DNA of 64,000 bases, taken from the NCBI GenBank assembly GCA_963675665.1, contig OY776510.1, positions 1,440,001 through 1,504,000 of the forward strand, in the 5' to 3' direction. The position numbers were made by a program, and so were the translations under genes. Positions 21,823 to 34,649 of the stretch are shown piece after piece. A model generated the notes under the pieces. The model saw only the letters and a program-made list of their open reading frames with translations, ran no database searches and was not told where the DNA came from. How positions within the stretch are numbered: the stretch's first letter is position 1; every line of letters starts with the position of its first letter. This DNA comes from Spirochaetia bacterium. GTDB taxonomy: Bacteria > Spirochaetota > Spirochaetia > UBA9216.

Positions 21823-22737
21823 TCAATTCCCGGCGGCTTTCTGGCTCATAATAACCCCGATAATTACCCCGGCGGCCGCCAGAAGCTGGATTCCGGTGAG
21901 CGCTTCTCCCAATACAAGCCATCCTGTTATTATTGCAACAACCGGAACAAGGTTGATAAAAGATGCGGCCATAGTGGCATGCAGCCTGCTGATTCCCCAA
22001 TTGTACAGGCTGAATGCTCCGAGCGAAACGAAGATGCCGAGAAAAAGCAGGCTTAAAATTATCTGCGGCGTCCAGATTGAAGCGTCAACTGTGAAAAGTC
22101 GGAAAAGTCCCGGCAGAAAGAATATAAAACCCGCAATTATTTGCAATGCCGTAAGCGTCCATGGGCTGTATCGGCCGCAGAGTTTTTTTACCATCAGGAA
22201 GTTGGCCGCTGCGCAAACCATGGCAAACATTTCCATGATATTACCCAGAACAGGGTTTGCTGCATCGCTGCTGTTGCCCTGGCTCAGCGTCAGAAATATT
22301 ACTCCTGCTATTGATATGCAAATGCCGGTAACCGTAAGACGGCTGATTTGTTCTTTCATGAAAATCCAGGCCCCGACGGCAGTCAGTACAGGGACAGAAG
22401 CCGAGATGACCCCGGCCTGGGTCGAGGTAGTCAGCAGCAATGCGTTTGTTTCCAGCAAAAAATACAGGCAGGGTTGAAAAAGCACCATCGGCAGCAGAAG
22501 TTTCCAGTCGCCCGGCAGGTAGTTTTCCGGTTTCAGCTTTCGGACAAAAGGCAGAATAACAGCAAGCGCAGCGGCCATCCGGCACCACATCGCAGACATC
22601 GGATTCAGGCTGCGCAGCACAATCCGCATCCCTACAAACGAGACGCCCCACAGGATTACCGCTGCAATCAGAGCCGCAAAAGGAAGTATTACCATAAGCC
22701 TGTTTTTGATTGCTGTATCTTCAGGTGTTTTATTCAT
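21823..22737 (-). CDS. DMT/EamA-family transporter
   Basis: Two EamA repeats, about 10 TMs. Confidence 0.9.
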   Translation of the reverse strand: MNKTPEDTAIKNRLMVILPFAALIAAVILWGVSFVGMRIVLRSLNPMSAMWCRMAAALAVILPFVRKLKPENYLPGDWKLLLPMVLFQPCLYFLLETNALLLTTSTQAGVISASVPVLTAVGAWIFMKEQISRLTVTGICISIAGVIFLTLSQGNSSDAANPVLGNIMEMFAMVCAAANFLMVKKLCGRYSPWTLTALQIIAGFIFFLPGLFRLFTVDASIWTPQIILSLLFLGIFVSLGAFSLYNWGISRLHATMAASFINLVPVVAIITGWLVLGEALTGIQLLAAAGVIIGVIMSQKAAGN

Positions 22738-22788
22738 AATCCGTATTTTAATTGAAACAAAAAAAGATGTATTGCAAAAAATTGCTGT

Positions 22789-23610
22789 TCAGCAGGCAAA
22801 ATACTGATTCGGTGTGGCGCCGGTATAATTTTTAAACTGGTTTGAGAAATGGCTCTGGTCGGTAAAGCCTGTTTCGAGGGCTATTTCGGAAAAAGGCATA
22901 CCGCTGAGAATATGTTTTTTGGCCGCTTCAATCCTTTTCTGGGTCCGGTAAACATGCGGTGATATTCCGGTATAATGTTTGAACGAACGCAGGAAGTGAT
23001 ATTTACTCAATCCCGCTTCGGCTGCGGCCTCTTCAAGACTGATTTTATCATTCAGATTGGCCGACAGGCAGGCTGCCGCCCTTCCCATAGCCGGATTGGA
23101 AATAATCATATTGGACGAAACAGTTTTGTCTGTTCCGTATTCGGTAATCAACATTCCGATAAATGAAGTCAGCGCCGAATCAGTTTCAAGCATGCTGGAA
23201 TTAGTGTTTACACATTCGTAAAGAATTTTAAAAAGCAGGGCAAGTTTTGAATTATTCATCACAATCTTTTCGAATTCGGGTGTAGCGCCGTTCTTTTCAA
23301 GAATATCCGATGCCGTTTCGTTGACAACGGTGGATTCGATATAAATCATCCTGTATGTGGCTGTTTCTCCGGCAGGAGCACCTGAATGAACCAGTCCGGG
23401 CGGAATTACCGCCGTATTTCCCGGGCATACAAGCGATTCATCATCATTTTTTCCGTTCCACAGGCTGCCGCCGTCCTCCATTAAGCTGAAAGCATATAAA
23501 TGGTCATGTGAATGATTGGGAAACTGGTGACGGCTTCGGTAAACTTCACATATTTCAATGCCGGGGATGCATGGAGAACGGTAAAACCGGGTACAGTTGA
23601 CGGAATTCAT
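22789..23610 (-). CDS. AraC-family transcriptional regulator
   Basis: Cupin HSHD motif; C-terminal IALETGFTDQSHFSNQFK. Confidence 0.93.
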   Translation of the reverse strand: MNSVNCTRFYRSPCIPGIEICEVYRSRHQFPNHSHDHLYAFSLMEDGGSLWNGKNDDESLVCPGNTAVIPPGLVHSGAPAGETATYRMIYIESTVVNETASDILEKNGATPEFEKIVMNNSKLALLFKILYECVNTNSSMLETDSALTSFIGMLITEYGTDKTVSSNMIISNPAMGRAAACLSANLNDKISLEEAAAEAGLSKYHFLRSFKHYTGISPHVYRTQKRIEAAKKHILSGMPFSEIALETGFTDQSHFSNQFKNYTGATPNQYFAC

Positions 23611-23912
23611 AACAAAATTATCATATGCACCAGTTGTAACTGAGTCAAGTTATTAGGATCGGAAGCCTAAGAAATTCGATTGGAAAACCGGGATTTCTAC
23701 CCTGATCGGCAGTTTGACAGCTTGACCTTTTAGATTAAATCAGGCAAATTCTCGGAGACTTCAATTCAAGCAAGTAGACATAATAAGTGAATATATATAT
23801 GAAGTACTTTGCCGCAATTTAGTGAGAAAACAATTGGTTTTTGCGGGGATTGCTTCGAAGACCCGGTCCCGGAAACAATGGAGGATCAGGTCTGTAACAA
23901 AAGGAGACAGTT

Positions 23913-24713
23913 TTGAACAGCTCATTTCCAAGGCAGCTGAGTATCTCGGCAGCTGCATTGGTATTATTCCTGCTTCCGCTTCTTTATGCGGGAGATCATA
24001 ATGCTCAGTTGTCTGAAGACAACATAGACAGAACCGGGATATCGGTAAATGCAGGGGATTTTACATTCAGTAAAACAGTTTCCGGGCTTGATCTGTATTC
24101 GCCCGAAGATTTTGCAAAGTATATAGTTGTATCCGAATCCGAAGACATCGGTCTGGCCCTGTATGATGATCCTGCTTACAGGGATCTGATAATCCGTTAT
24201 TATGAAGCAATCACAGGATCTTACGATATTGCAGATACGGCGCTGAGGTATGCCAAAGCCAACGGGATTTCCTTCACCCTTGCAGTTGCGCTTATGTGGG
24301 CCGAGAGCAGTTTTGATCCTGAAGCATACAATAAAAATGCGGTAAGCATTGACCGGGGGCTTTATCAGCTCAATTCGGAATCTTTTCCCGAAATGTCGCG
24401 TGAACAGTTCTATAATATCGAAACAAATATCAGCACAGGCCTTTCTTATCTCAGGTATTGTATAGATCTGGGAGGAAGCGAAATTGTTGCTCTTGCAATT
24501 TATAATGCCGGGCACGGACGGGTCAGCGGGGCCGGCGCCCCTCTTATTACGCTCGAATATATATCCAGGATAATGGATTACAAATCCGAACTGGAACGTG
24601 ATTTTGAAAGATACATTTCGCAGAACGGAAAGATAAGGGCTGATAAAAAATCGGAAAAGAACCTGATACCTGTAAAAAAAATCAACTCCAAAATCGATAT
24701 GATAAAGGATTGA
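23913..24713 (+). CDS. Lytic transglycosylase (SLT domain)
   Basis: AESSF catalytic Glu, GLYQL and YNAG motifs; TTG start after AAGGAG. Confidence 0.85.
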   Translation: MNSSFPRQLSISAAALVLFLLPLLYAGDHNAQLSEDNIDRTGISVNAGDFTFSKTVSGLDLYSPEDFAKYIVVSESEDIGLALYDDPAYRDLIIRYYEAITGSYDIADTALRYAKANGISFTLAVALMWAESSFDPEAYNKNAVSIDRGLYQLNSESFPEMSREQFYNIETNISTGLSYLRYCIDLGGSEIVALAIYNAGHGRVSGAGAPLITLEYISRIMDYKSELERDFERYISQNGKIRADKKSEKNLIPVKKINSKIDMIKD

Positions 24714-24786
24714 AAGAAGCTCATTAACTTTTAAATTATCGGAGACAGTGGTTGACACCGGTTAATCTCTCAAATAGAGTTCAATT

Positions 24787-26697
24787 ATGATAATAATACT
24801 TAACAGAGACATAAAAAAAGAACATAAGGCAAATATAACCACATGGCTTGAAGACCGCGGGTATAAGGTAAAAGAGATTGTCGGTGAAGAGGAGACGGTC
24901 CTCGGAGCAGTAGGAGCAATTTCTGTTGATCCGCGCAGTGTTGAACTTCTGGAAGGTGTTAAATCGGTAATTCCCATTTCCAAGCCTTACAAGCTTGCTT
25001 CACGCGAGTTGAAGAATGAAGACACCGTTATAACCGTCGGCCATGTTAAAATCGGCGGCCCCCGGGTGGCTGTATTTGCCGGTCCGTGTGCTGTTGAGTC
25101 TGAAGAACAGATAATGGAATCTGCAAAGGTTGTTAACGAAGCAGGAGCGGTAATTCTTCGGGGCGGAGCGTTCAAGCCGAGGACTTCTCCATATGCGTTT
25201 CAGGGGCACGGTGAAAAAGGCCTGCAGTGGCTGAAAGCTGCCGGAGAAAAGTATGATATGCCGATTGTCACCGAGATTGTTTCCCCTTCACATATTGATA
25301 TAATGCGCGATTATGTTGATATTTATCAAATCGGCGCGCGCAACATGCAGAATTTCGAACTGCTTAAGGCCGTCGGAGAGCTTGGGCGCCCGGTTGTGCT
25401 TAAACGGGGAATGTCCGCCAAAATAGAAGAATGGCTGATGGCTGCCGAATATCTGCTTGCGCACGGTACTGATGATGTTATTCTGTGTGAACGAGGCATC
25501 AGAACTTTTGAAAGCTATACACGTAATACCCTTGATATCTCCGCCATACCCATAATTAAAAAGCTGAGTCATCTGCCGATTATTACCGATCCCAGCCACG
25601 GGACCGGGCTTCGCGGAAAGGTTCTGCCGATGGCGCTTGCCGCCGTCGCCGCCGGAACAGACGGACTCATGATAGAAGTGCATCCGCACCCCGAGAGCGC
25701 GTTGTCGGACGGGCCCCAGTCGCTTTATCCGGCGCAGTTTGACAAGCTGATGAAAGATATTGAAGCGCTGTCGCCGGTCATCAGCAAGGAGATTGAACGC
25801 CCGGTTCAAAAAGGGTTTGCCGTACACAAACTGGCATCATCCGAAGTGCCGGTATCAGGTGCCGACAGTGGACTTCGTATTGCGTATCAGGGAGAGCCGG
25901 GAGCCTATAGTGAAAATGCAGCATCACGCTATTTCGGTGAAGAACTGCTTGAATTTGTGCCTTCGAAAAGCTTTGAGGCAGTTTTTAAAACAGTGCTTGC
26001 CGGAAATGCGAATTACGGCGTAATTCCGGTTGAGAATGCTCTTACCGGTTCTATCCATGAGTGTTTTGATCTTTTTCTGCGATATCCTGATATCAAGATA
26101 GTCGGTGAAAAGCAGATCAGAATCAGGCATAACCTGATTGGACTTCCGGGAACTGATATCAGCAGTATAAAGAAGGTCTATTCTCATCCGCAGGGCCTTA
26201 TGCAGTGTTCGAGGTTTCTTGACGGTTTGACGGCCGAACAGGTTCCGTATTACGACACAGCCGGATCGGTTGCATTTGTAGCGCAGCAGAAGTCTTCAGA
26301 GCTTGCTGCAGTTGCCGGTGCAGGAGCTGCCGCTTATTACGGGCTGGAAATTTTAAAAGAAGGAATAGAAACCAATCCTTCCAATTATACCCGGTTTTTC
26401 ATAATTGCCCGGAGTGAACATCCTTCACCGAAAAATGTAGACAAAGCAACAATAGTATTTTCAGTGCCTGATAAAAAAGGAAGTCTGGTCAGAGTTTTGC
26501 AGGAGATAGATTCAAGCGGCTTGAATATGAAAAAGCTTGAATCGCGTCCAATCGAGGGCAAACCCTGGGAATATATGTTTTATTCTGATGTTGAACTTCT
26601 GAACGGACTTGATGATTTTCTGAAAAACGCAGCGGGTAAAATCAAAGCCGCATCTGAAGACTACAGGCTGCTTGGAATTTACAAGGCTGGGATCTGA
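24787..26697 (+). CDS. aroF-pheA: Fused DAHP synthase (type I-beta) and prephenate dehydratase-ACT
   Basis: [22 protein letters not shown] and DPSHGTG, then [24 protein letters not shown] and ESRP. Confidence 0.9.
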   Translation: MIIILNRDIKKEHKANITTWLEDRGYKVKEIVGEEETVLGAVGAISVDPRSVELLEGVKSVIPISKPYKLASRELKNEDTVITVGHVKIGGPRVAVFAGPCAVESEEQIMESAKVVNEAGAVILRGGAFKPRTSPYAFQGHGEKGLQWLKAAGEKYDMPIVTEIVSPSHIDIMRDYVDIYQIGARNMQNFELLKAVGELGRPVVLKRGMSAKIEEWLMAAEYLLAHGTDDVILCERGIRTFESYTRNTLDISAIPIIKKLSHLPIITDPSHGTGLRGKVLPMALAAVAAGTDGLMIEVHPHPESALSDGPQSLYPAQFDKLMKDIEALSPVISKEIERPVQKGFAVHKLASSEVPVSGADSGLRIAYQGEPGAYSENAASRYFGEELLEFVPSKSFEAVFKTVLAGNANYGVIPVENALTGSIHECFDLFLRYPDIKIVGEKQIRIRHNLIGLPGTDISSIKKVYSHPQGLMQCSRFLDGLTAEQVPYYDTAGSVAFVAQQKSSELAAVAGAGAAAYYGLEILKEGIETNPSNYTRFFIIARSEHPSPKNVDKATIVFSVPDKKGSLVRVLQEIDSSGLNMKKLESRPIEGKPWEYMFYSDVELLNGLDDFLKNAAGKIKAASEDYRLLGIYKAGI

Positions 26698-26700
26698 GCC

Positions 26701-28104
26701 TTATTTTTCGGATTTCAATCGTTCCAGATATTCCATTTTGAAGTTATTCGCTTTAAACATGCTGCTTTGAATGTCGTTCATGTCAAGTTTGAACCCCTGC
26801 ATGGAGCCCCGCATTGCATTTGTTGCCGCATCTTTCATATGAAGATCAAGAGCCGTAAGTTTGGACTGGTATAAAAAAAGTTCCTTAATATGTTTCGACA
26901 GCTTTTTCTCCAGTTCTTCGGGAGTCAGGTGCAGCAGTTTCATATAATTCCTGTTTGTTTTGTTTCCGTACGACAGAAGCAGCTGACCGTTTGCTTTAAG
27001 TTCTTCGACAAGCTTGCCGAGATTGATTTTTGTCCTGTTACCTGTTTCGTTTTCGGTATTAAACAGCACAACCGAATAAATCCGGTCGCTCTTTTTGTCT
27101 TTTCGGCCGAACAGAAAGCTGAAAAACCTCTGAAGCGCTGATCGGCTTTCTTTGTCTATAACATCCGAATTATGCATCAGTTTTCCCGATATGCTCATTA
27201 AAGCGTTTCCCGCAGGTACAAGGTTTCTGATCCCTTTCAGGAGAATTTCCAGAGCGGAATCTCCGTTTTCCTGTTTTTCCTCCGTATCAGGTTCGGAAAT
27301 GACTGTATTATGACTGATTAGGGACGTAAGGGCTTCCTTGCGTGGGGGATCCTTATCCTCCGAGAAGTCTTCAATGATTATCTCTTTTATAAAATCAGAA
27401 TAAAAGGGCTGTTCTCCCATTTCGTCTTTATAGAGTTTCTTTATTACCAGTACCGATTCATCCAGTCTGTTCCCGGAAATATCAGATACAGGAACCGGTA
27501 AATCAAGAACCCGGGTTCTGACCTCGTTTTTATAAAATTCTTTTCTGTAAATGTAGATGTCCTTCAGACAGCATTTTATCAGATAGCCCTGTTCTGCAAG
27601 CTGTTTTCTGCTGTCTCTGAAAATACCTTTGACAAGGTTGTCATCGCCATTCATTATTGATTTTTCAATCCCGGCAAGTACCTTTTCGTTCGGAGATTCG
27701 GAAGTCGGGGAAAGTCTGCCCCAATTTATATAATTGAAAATATTGTTCAGTTCGGTTATCCGGGTTATGCTGAGCGAATCAAGCGAAATTTCGTAATTGT
27801 TCTCTACAAAGCTTAGCTGTCGCAGGTATTCGGAAAGCCTGAAACTTATTTCGTCAGTTTGAACTTTCTTTGATATAGGTTCTTCAGACGGCAGTTTTAA
27901 ATCATGGATTATTGCGCTGCTGCTGTAGGGGTCTTTTACAAGAATTCGGGAATTGATCAGCGCCGACAGCAGCGATTCAAGTAGCTGCCGGTATTCAGAT
28001 ACGGAATCAGTCAGTATCTGAATTACTTCACGGTTAATGAAAGTCTGTTTTTCGAGGAGAGCCGCCTGGAGCTTTTCAGCATAAGCCCTGCTTGAATCTT
28101 CCAT
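26701..28104 (-). CDS. Hypothetical helical cytoplasmic protein (about 467 aa)
   Basis: Long clean ORF with no recognised motif. Start moved to ATG 28104, which lies 6 nt after a -10-like hexamer. Confidence 0.7.
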   Translation of the reverse strand: MEDSSRAYAEKLQAALLEKQTFINREVIQILTDSVSEYRQLLESLLSALINSRILVKDPYSSSAIIHDLKLPSEEPISKKVQTDEISFRLSEYLRQLSFVENNYEISLDSLSITRITELNNIFNYINWGRLSPTSESPNEKVLAGIEKSIMNGDDNLVKGIFRDSRKQLAEQGYLIKCCLKDIYIYRKEFYKNEVRTRVLDLPVPVSDISGNRLDESVLVIKKLYKDEMGEQPFYSDFIKEIIIEDFSEDKDPPRKEALTSLISHNTVISEPDTEEKQENGDSALEILLKGIRNLVPAGNALMSISGKLMHNSDVIDKESRSALQRFFSFLFGRKDKKSDRIYSVVLFNTENETGNRTKINLGKLVEELKANGQLLLSYGNKTNRNYMKLLHLTPEELEKKLSKHIKELFLYQSKLTALDLHMKDAATNAMRGSMQGFKLDMNDIQSSMFKANNFKMEYLERLKSEK

Positions 28105-28261
28105 GTATAAAGGGTATAAGAACAATGCTAAAACTGCAAGCAGAAATATGTTTTATGGTGCAGAAACTTACTGTAAAACTGCTTTTAACAAGCGGATCTT
28201 TTCACCAATCAGAATAAAATAATGTCGGCAGTTTTCGCATTGCTGTTTTACAGGGGTTGTT

Positions 28262-28792
28262 ATGGGCGAGATTAAAAATTTTGCAAAGGAAAATCTTATA
28301 ATCGGTGTTCTTTCGACGCTTGAAGAGATTGATTCCGAGCTGCTTTCGGTGCTTGAAGAAGCTTTCGGCCCTTCAGATATGGTTTCTGAGACGCTTGATT
28401 TCAGTTGGACCAGTTACTACGACAATGAGATGGGAAACGGTATAAGAAGGCGTTTTTACTCATTTGAGAGACTTGTTGACCCTTCGGATCTTGCCGGAAT
28501 CAAAATTCTAACAAACGGAATAGAAGAAAGATGGGCCCTGTCAGGGAACCGCAAAGTTAACCTTGATCCCGGGCTGCTTGATCTTAACAGGCTTATTCTT
28601 GCTACAACAAAAAATGTCGGACATCGTATTCCTCTTGCAAAAGGTATTTACGGCGAAGTGACGCTTATTTACATGAAAAAAGAGTATCATCCTTTACCGT
28701 GGACATACCCGGATTACCGGAGTCCGGAATATATGAAGATATTGAAAGAAATCCGCAGCCTTTACCGGGACAAACTGAAGCGTCTGAAATAA
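28262..28792 (+). CDS. DUF4416-family protein
   Basis: TSYYDNEMG, RKVNLDPG, LATTKN...HRI and WTYPDY motifs. Confidence 0.85.
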   Translation: MGEIKNFAKENLIIGVLSTLEEIDSELLSVLEEAFGPSDMVSETLDFSWTSYYDNEMGNGIRRRFYSFERLVDPSDLAGIKILTNGIEERWALSGNRKVNLDPGLLDLNRLILATTKNVGHRIPLAKGIYGEVTLIYMKKEYHPLPWTYPDYRSPEYMKILKEIRSLYRDKLKRLK

Positions 28793-28810
28793 ATCCCGTT
28801 ATTCTTCCAT

Positions 28811-29647
28811 GTGGGTCTGAAATGTCTCCGGTATAAATTAATAATTATTCTTGTTTTCTTTTTACAGGCTGCCGGCTGTGAACTGTTTTGCAGCAGGGTG
28901 ATAACGCTTTGCCTGCCGGATTTTCCCGGTGAAGCCGCGGATACTTGTTCAGCAGTAGTTTCATGGCGGATAGAATATCCGGAAAAAACGGAAGCGGGTC
29001 TGCCGGTTTATACAAGCTGTATTGTCCCGGCTGAAGCTTCTTCCGGCAGCACTGAAATATCAATACGGATAGCCCGTGGTGTAAACCTGCCGGTTCTGGC
29101 GCGGCCGGTATTTGCGTTCGGACCCGGCGGTTATCCGGCCGGTGCTGTTTATCCGGCTGATGCGGCCGGGGGGCGACTTGAACTTGAATGGGAGAACGGT
29201 TTTGCCTGTGAAGTGCTTAAAAGCTGCCTGCTTAACACCGTTGTCGTCCGGGGATTTGATACTTCGGCTTTCAGGACGTCGGTTGCAGAAAAAGTTTCGG
29301 AGCTTACGGAGCCCGGAGGATGCTGGCTTCTTGATCCCGCTCCGGTTATCAGCAGGCTTGGATACGGTCTGTTCCGGGAATCGTCAATTAAAGCCGCCGA
29401 CACGATGGTTTTTGCCGTTCCGGTCCTGGGCGGCACATATATTGCGGACAATCCGTTTTACCCTCCGGTAATGGTAAAAAATGATCAAATACCTGAAACC
29501 GGAACTCTTTATATAACGGTTCCGCTGAACCGGAAGACAATATTTTATGAAGCAGATTCGGGTGAAACAGTTACAGCCTGTTTTAACGACAGGATATGGT
29601 GCTGGAATAATTCTGTCACCGGATTAACAGAGTCGGGAAGGATGTAA
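28811..29647 (+). CDS. Hypothetical lipoprotein
   Basis: Hydrophobic leader ending in an AAGC lipobox-like sequence. Confidence 0.6.
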   Translation: MGLKCLRYKLIIILVFFLQAAGCELFCSRVITLCLPDFPGEAADTCSAVVSWRIEYPEKTEAGLPVYTSCIVPAEASSGSTEISIRIARGVNLPVLARPVFAFGPGGYPAGAVYPADAAGGRLELEWENGFACEVLKSCLLNTVVVRGFDTSAFRTSVAEKVSELTEPGGCWLLDPAPVISRLGYGLFRESSIKAADTMVFAVPVLGGTYIADNPFYPPVMVKNDQIPETGTLYITVPLNRKTIFYEADSGETVTACFNDRIWCWNNSVTGLTESGRM

Positions 29648-29710
29648 TAACGGCATAATTAAGTTATAATCACACTGTGAAGAAAATTTTTAAGCTGCAG
29701 GAGTTTTCTG

Positions 29711-30664
29711 ATGTATAAATATCTGTTTGGTCCGGTGCCTTCGCGCCGTCTCGGAATATCACTTGGAGTTGATCTTGTCCCGAAGAAGGTATGCTCTCTG
29801 GATTGCGTTTACTGTGAGGTCGGAAAAACAACAAAACTGACAATCGACCGGAAGGAATATATCAGGTATGAGAAGATAACCGAAGAATTATCCCATTATT
29901 TCAGTAATAACCCTGATCCTGATTATATTACCTTTTCGGGTTCAGGCGAACCGTTATTGAATTCCAGGTTGGGCGATGTTCTCAATTTTATTAAAAGAGC
30001 AAAACCGGCCATTCCGGTTGCGGTTCTGACCAACGGGACCCTGTTGTTTGAGAAGGACGTGAGGGATGAATTAATGAACGCAGATGTTGTTCTTCCTTCT
30101 CTTGATGCTGTTGTTTCCGAATCTTTTATCAGAATAAACAGGCCGGCAGCAGGCCTCGATATTGAAAAGATAATCAAAGGGCTGATTGCTTTCCGAAAGG
30201 AGTTTCCGGGAAAAATCTGGCTTGAAGTCTTTATTCTGCCTGATTACAACAATTCCGAAAAGGATTTGTTTGAATTGAAGGATATTATTAAAAAGATTAA
30301 TCCTGATTCGGTTCAGCTTAATACCCTTGACAGGCCGGGAGTGGTTGCCGGCCTGAAACCCGCCGGCAGGGATGAACTGCAGCAACTGGCGGAGGCCTGG
30401 GCGCTTCCCAATATTGAGATTATCAGTTCAGCAGGAAGCCGAAAGAATATTGAGTCGTTCAGAAGCGATGTTGAATCGGCAATTCTCGGAACAATATCAA
30501 GACGTCCCTGTACAGGCGAAGATCTGGTACAAGTCCTCGGGCTGCATATCAATGAAATAAACAAATACCTTGATGTTCTGGAATCGGACGGCAAAATCGA
30601 AGCAGTTGAGCAGGAACGGGGAGTATTTTATATTACTAAAGCATCAGAATCCGGGAAGAGGTGA
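29711..30664 (+). CDS. Radical SAM Fe-S oxidoreductase (COG0731-like)
   Basis: FGPVPSRRLGISLG, CSLDCVYC (CxxxCxxC) and SGSGEP. Confidence 0.9.
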   Translation: MYKYLFGPVPSRRLGISLGVDLVPKKVCSLDCVYCEVGKTTKLTIDRKEYIRYEKITEELSHYFSNNPDPDYITFSGSGEPLLNSRLGDVLNFIKRAKPAIPVAVLTNGTLLFEKDVRDELMNADVVLPSLDAVVSESFIRINRPAAGLDIEKIIKGLIAFRKEFPGKIWLEVFILPDYNNSEKDLFELKDIIKKINPDSVQLNTLDRPGVVAGLKPAGRDELQQLAEAWALPNIEIISSAGSRKNIESFRSDVESAILGTISRRPCTGEDLVQVLGLHINEINKYLDVLESDGKIEAVEQERGVFYITKASESGKR

Positions 30665-31769
30665 GCGCTTCCGCGCCGTTTTTCGTCATCAGATAATCAT
30701 TCTCAAGCCGTACCCCGCCTGCCTCGGCATCATAAAGGCCCGGTTCGATGGTGAATACCATTCCCGGTTTAAGCGGTTTATCATACAACGGATGGTTTTT
30801 CAGTATTGGTGCTTCATGCACGTCCAGGCCTATTCCGTGTCCGAGGCTGTGCGGCATGGTCCAGCCTGCCGCTGCGAAATGCTTGTCAACTGCTTCGGCT
30901 ACAGCCTTTCCTGTAATCTCGTTTAACCCCCCGGCTTTCGCTCCGATTGAATGCGCTTCGGCTACGAGCTCAACCATCTGCTGCTGTTTATCTGAAAGCT
31001 TTCCGCGACATATTGTCAGGGTAATGTCGGTTGCGTATCCGTCCAGATTCAGTCCGCAGTCTATGATTGAAAGTCCGCCTCCGCCGTTTTCGGCTGTACA
31101 GCCTATGGGTCCGGCGCCGTAAGCCGGTATGCAGTGTATTCCCCATGAGCGGGAAGGCCCCGCGGCCAGGGTTGTAAAACTTGAACCGTCGGCGCCGAGC
31201 CTGCGCGATTCGGTTTCTACAAGCATTGCCGCGTCAATCTCGGTTTTAATGCTGCCGTCCCTGAAGCCGGTTTCAATGGCGTCGATAAGCCTGTTCGTCA
31301 TAATGCCTGCGCGGCGGTAGAGTTCTATCTCGGCGTCGTCCTTTACTGCGCGCATATCAAGCAGCTTGTCGGCAACGCCGTCGGCACGGCAGATAATTTC
31401 AGATTTCCGCATTTCAGCGGCAATCTCGGTGTATAGAAGATGGGGCGTCTGCGATGAAAGCTCTATCCGCCCGCAAAGAAGATTGTCCTTGCACACGGTG
31501 CTTATTGCTTTAACCGGGTTACGTTCAAACTCGCTGTATGCGATTATTTTATCTGCTTCCGCGGTTTTTTCGGCAAGAATCATGTCCCAGGGTATAAGTA
31601 CGGTTGCTCCGTCGGAAAAAACGGCAAAAACAGCATCCGAATCCATTCCTGTAAGATAGCGCAGGTTCCGGGAACGCCTGTTTTCGGCATCCTCAATTAT
31701 AAGCGCATCGATTTTTTCACTCTGCATCCATTCGCAAAGCGCATTGATTCGGGTTCGGTATATGCTCAT
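30636..31769 (-). CDS. Xaa-Pro aminopeptidase (M24)
   Basis: HSLGHGIGLDVHE, TIEPGLY and GVRLEND. Start trimmed to an ATG after AGGAG (31769 or 31775). Confidence 0.92.
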   Translation of the reverse strand: MSIYRTRINALCEWMQSEKIDALIIEDAENRRSRNLRYLTGMDSDAVFAVFSDGATVLIPWDMILAEKTAEADKIIAYSEFERNPVKAISTVCKDNLLCGRIELSSQTPHLLYTEIAAEMRKSEIICRADGVADKLLDMRAVKDDAEIELYRRAGIMTNRLIDAIETGFRDGSIKTEIDAAMLVETESRRLGADGSSFTTLAAGPSRSWGIHCIPAYGAGPIGCTAENGGGGLSIIDCGLNLDGYATDITLTICRGKLSDKQQQMVELVAEAHSIGAKAGGLNEITGKAVAEAVDKHFAAAGWTMPHSLGHGIGLDVHEAPILKNHPLYDKPLKPGMVFTIEPGLYDAEAGGVRLENDYLMTKNGAEALTSSRILML

Positions 31770-31891
31770 GCGCATCTCCTCTCCTGATTTTAAAATCATT
31801 GAACTGTTAAGTATGAAAGCATTATACCATAATAAAGACATAATTGTTTGAAATTAATTTGACAGGGCTGATCGGGAATATTATAATGATA

Positions 31892-31908
31892 ATAGTAACG
31901 ATTACTAT
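31892..31908. promoter_or_regulatory. Putative PerR/Fur autoregulatory operator
   Basis: ATAGTAA-CGA-TTACTAT inverted repeat downstream of TTGACA-17-TATAAT; a related copy lies before katG. Confidence 0.6.
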
Positions 31909-32284
31909 GGAATACCGAAAGAGCAAGCTTAGAGATGAGATTCTTGGGATTTTAAAGAATACAGGCAGTCATCCAACAGCCAACTGGATTTATGACCAGT
32001 TAAAAGCAAATTATCCCAGCCTGAGTCCGGGAACTGTTTACCGGAATCTGGGCATACTTGTCGAACTCGGACTTGTAGACAAACTTGATTTCGGCAGCAC
32101 GTTCGACAGGTTTGAGGCAAAGAAGGGCGATCATTATCATTTTATCTGTGAGAAATGCGGAGCTGTGATTGACCTGGAAATACCGATAAAATCTAATCTG
32201 AATGCTGAAGTTGAAGCGATTGCCGGTTTTAAAACAAATAAACACCGAATTGAATTTTTTGGAGTTTGCGATTCGTGCAGCTGA
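31907..32284 (+). CDS. Fur-family peroxide regulator (PerR-like)
   Basis: HPTA, TVYRNL, HYHFICEKCG and C-terminal CxxC; directly upstream of katG. Confidence 0.88.
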   Translation: MEYRKSKLRDEILGILKNTGSHPTANWIYDQLKANYPSLSPGTVYRNLGILVELGLVDKLDFGSTFDRFEAKKGDHYHFICEKCGAVIDLEIPIKSNLNAEVEAIAGFKTNKHRIEFFGVCDSCS

Positions 32285-32299
32285 TTTTTTTAACATATA

Positions 32300-32316
32300 A
32301 TAGTAATCGTTCCGAA
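32300..32316. promoter_or_regulatory. Second PerR-like box upstream of katG
   Basis: ATAGTAATCGTTCCGAA; its first 12 nt equal the reverse complement of the 31892 box. Confidence 0.55.
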
Positions 32317-32386
32317 TAGCGCAATATATTTTACGCTGGTAAACATATTGTGCAAACTAATTCAGCCGAAAGGCATACAGGAGTAA

Positions 32387-34585
<2,199 letters not shown>

Positions 34586-34609
34586 TTAACATCAGGTTGG
34601 GAGAGGTCT

Positions 34610-34640
34610 CCGGCGGTGAGGTTTTATTCCTCATCGCCGG
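34610..34640. terminator. Stem-loop after katG
   Basis: CCGGCGGTGAGG-N7-CCTCATCGCCGG stem without a strong U-tract. Confidence 0.5.
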
Positions 34641-34649
34641 AATAATACT

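Noticed and set aside
23640-23912. c-di-GMP or c-di-AMP riboswitch upstream of the lytic transglycosylase
   Set aside because: A GGCAAA is present but the remaining consensus elements and pairings could not be found.
30636-30664. 29-bp convergent overlap of the radical SAM and peptidase genes
   Set aside because: Short tail-to-tail overlaps are common in compact genomes.
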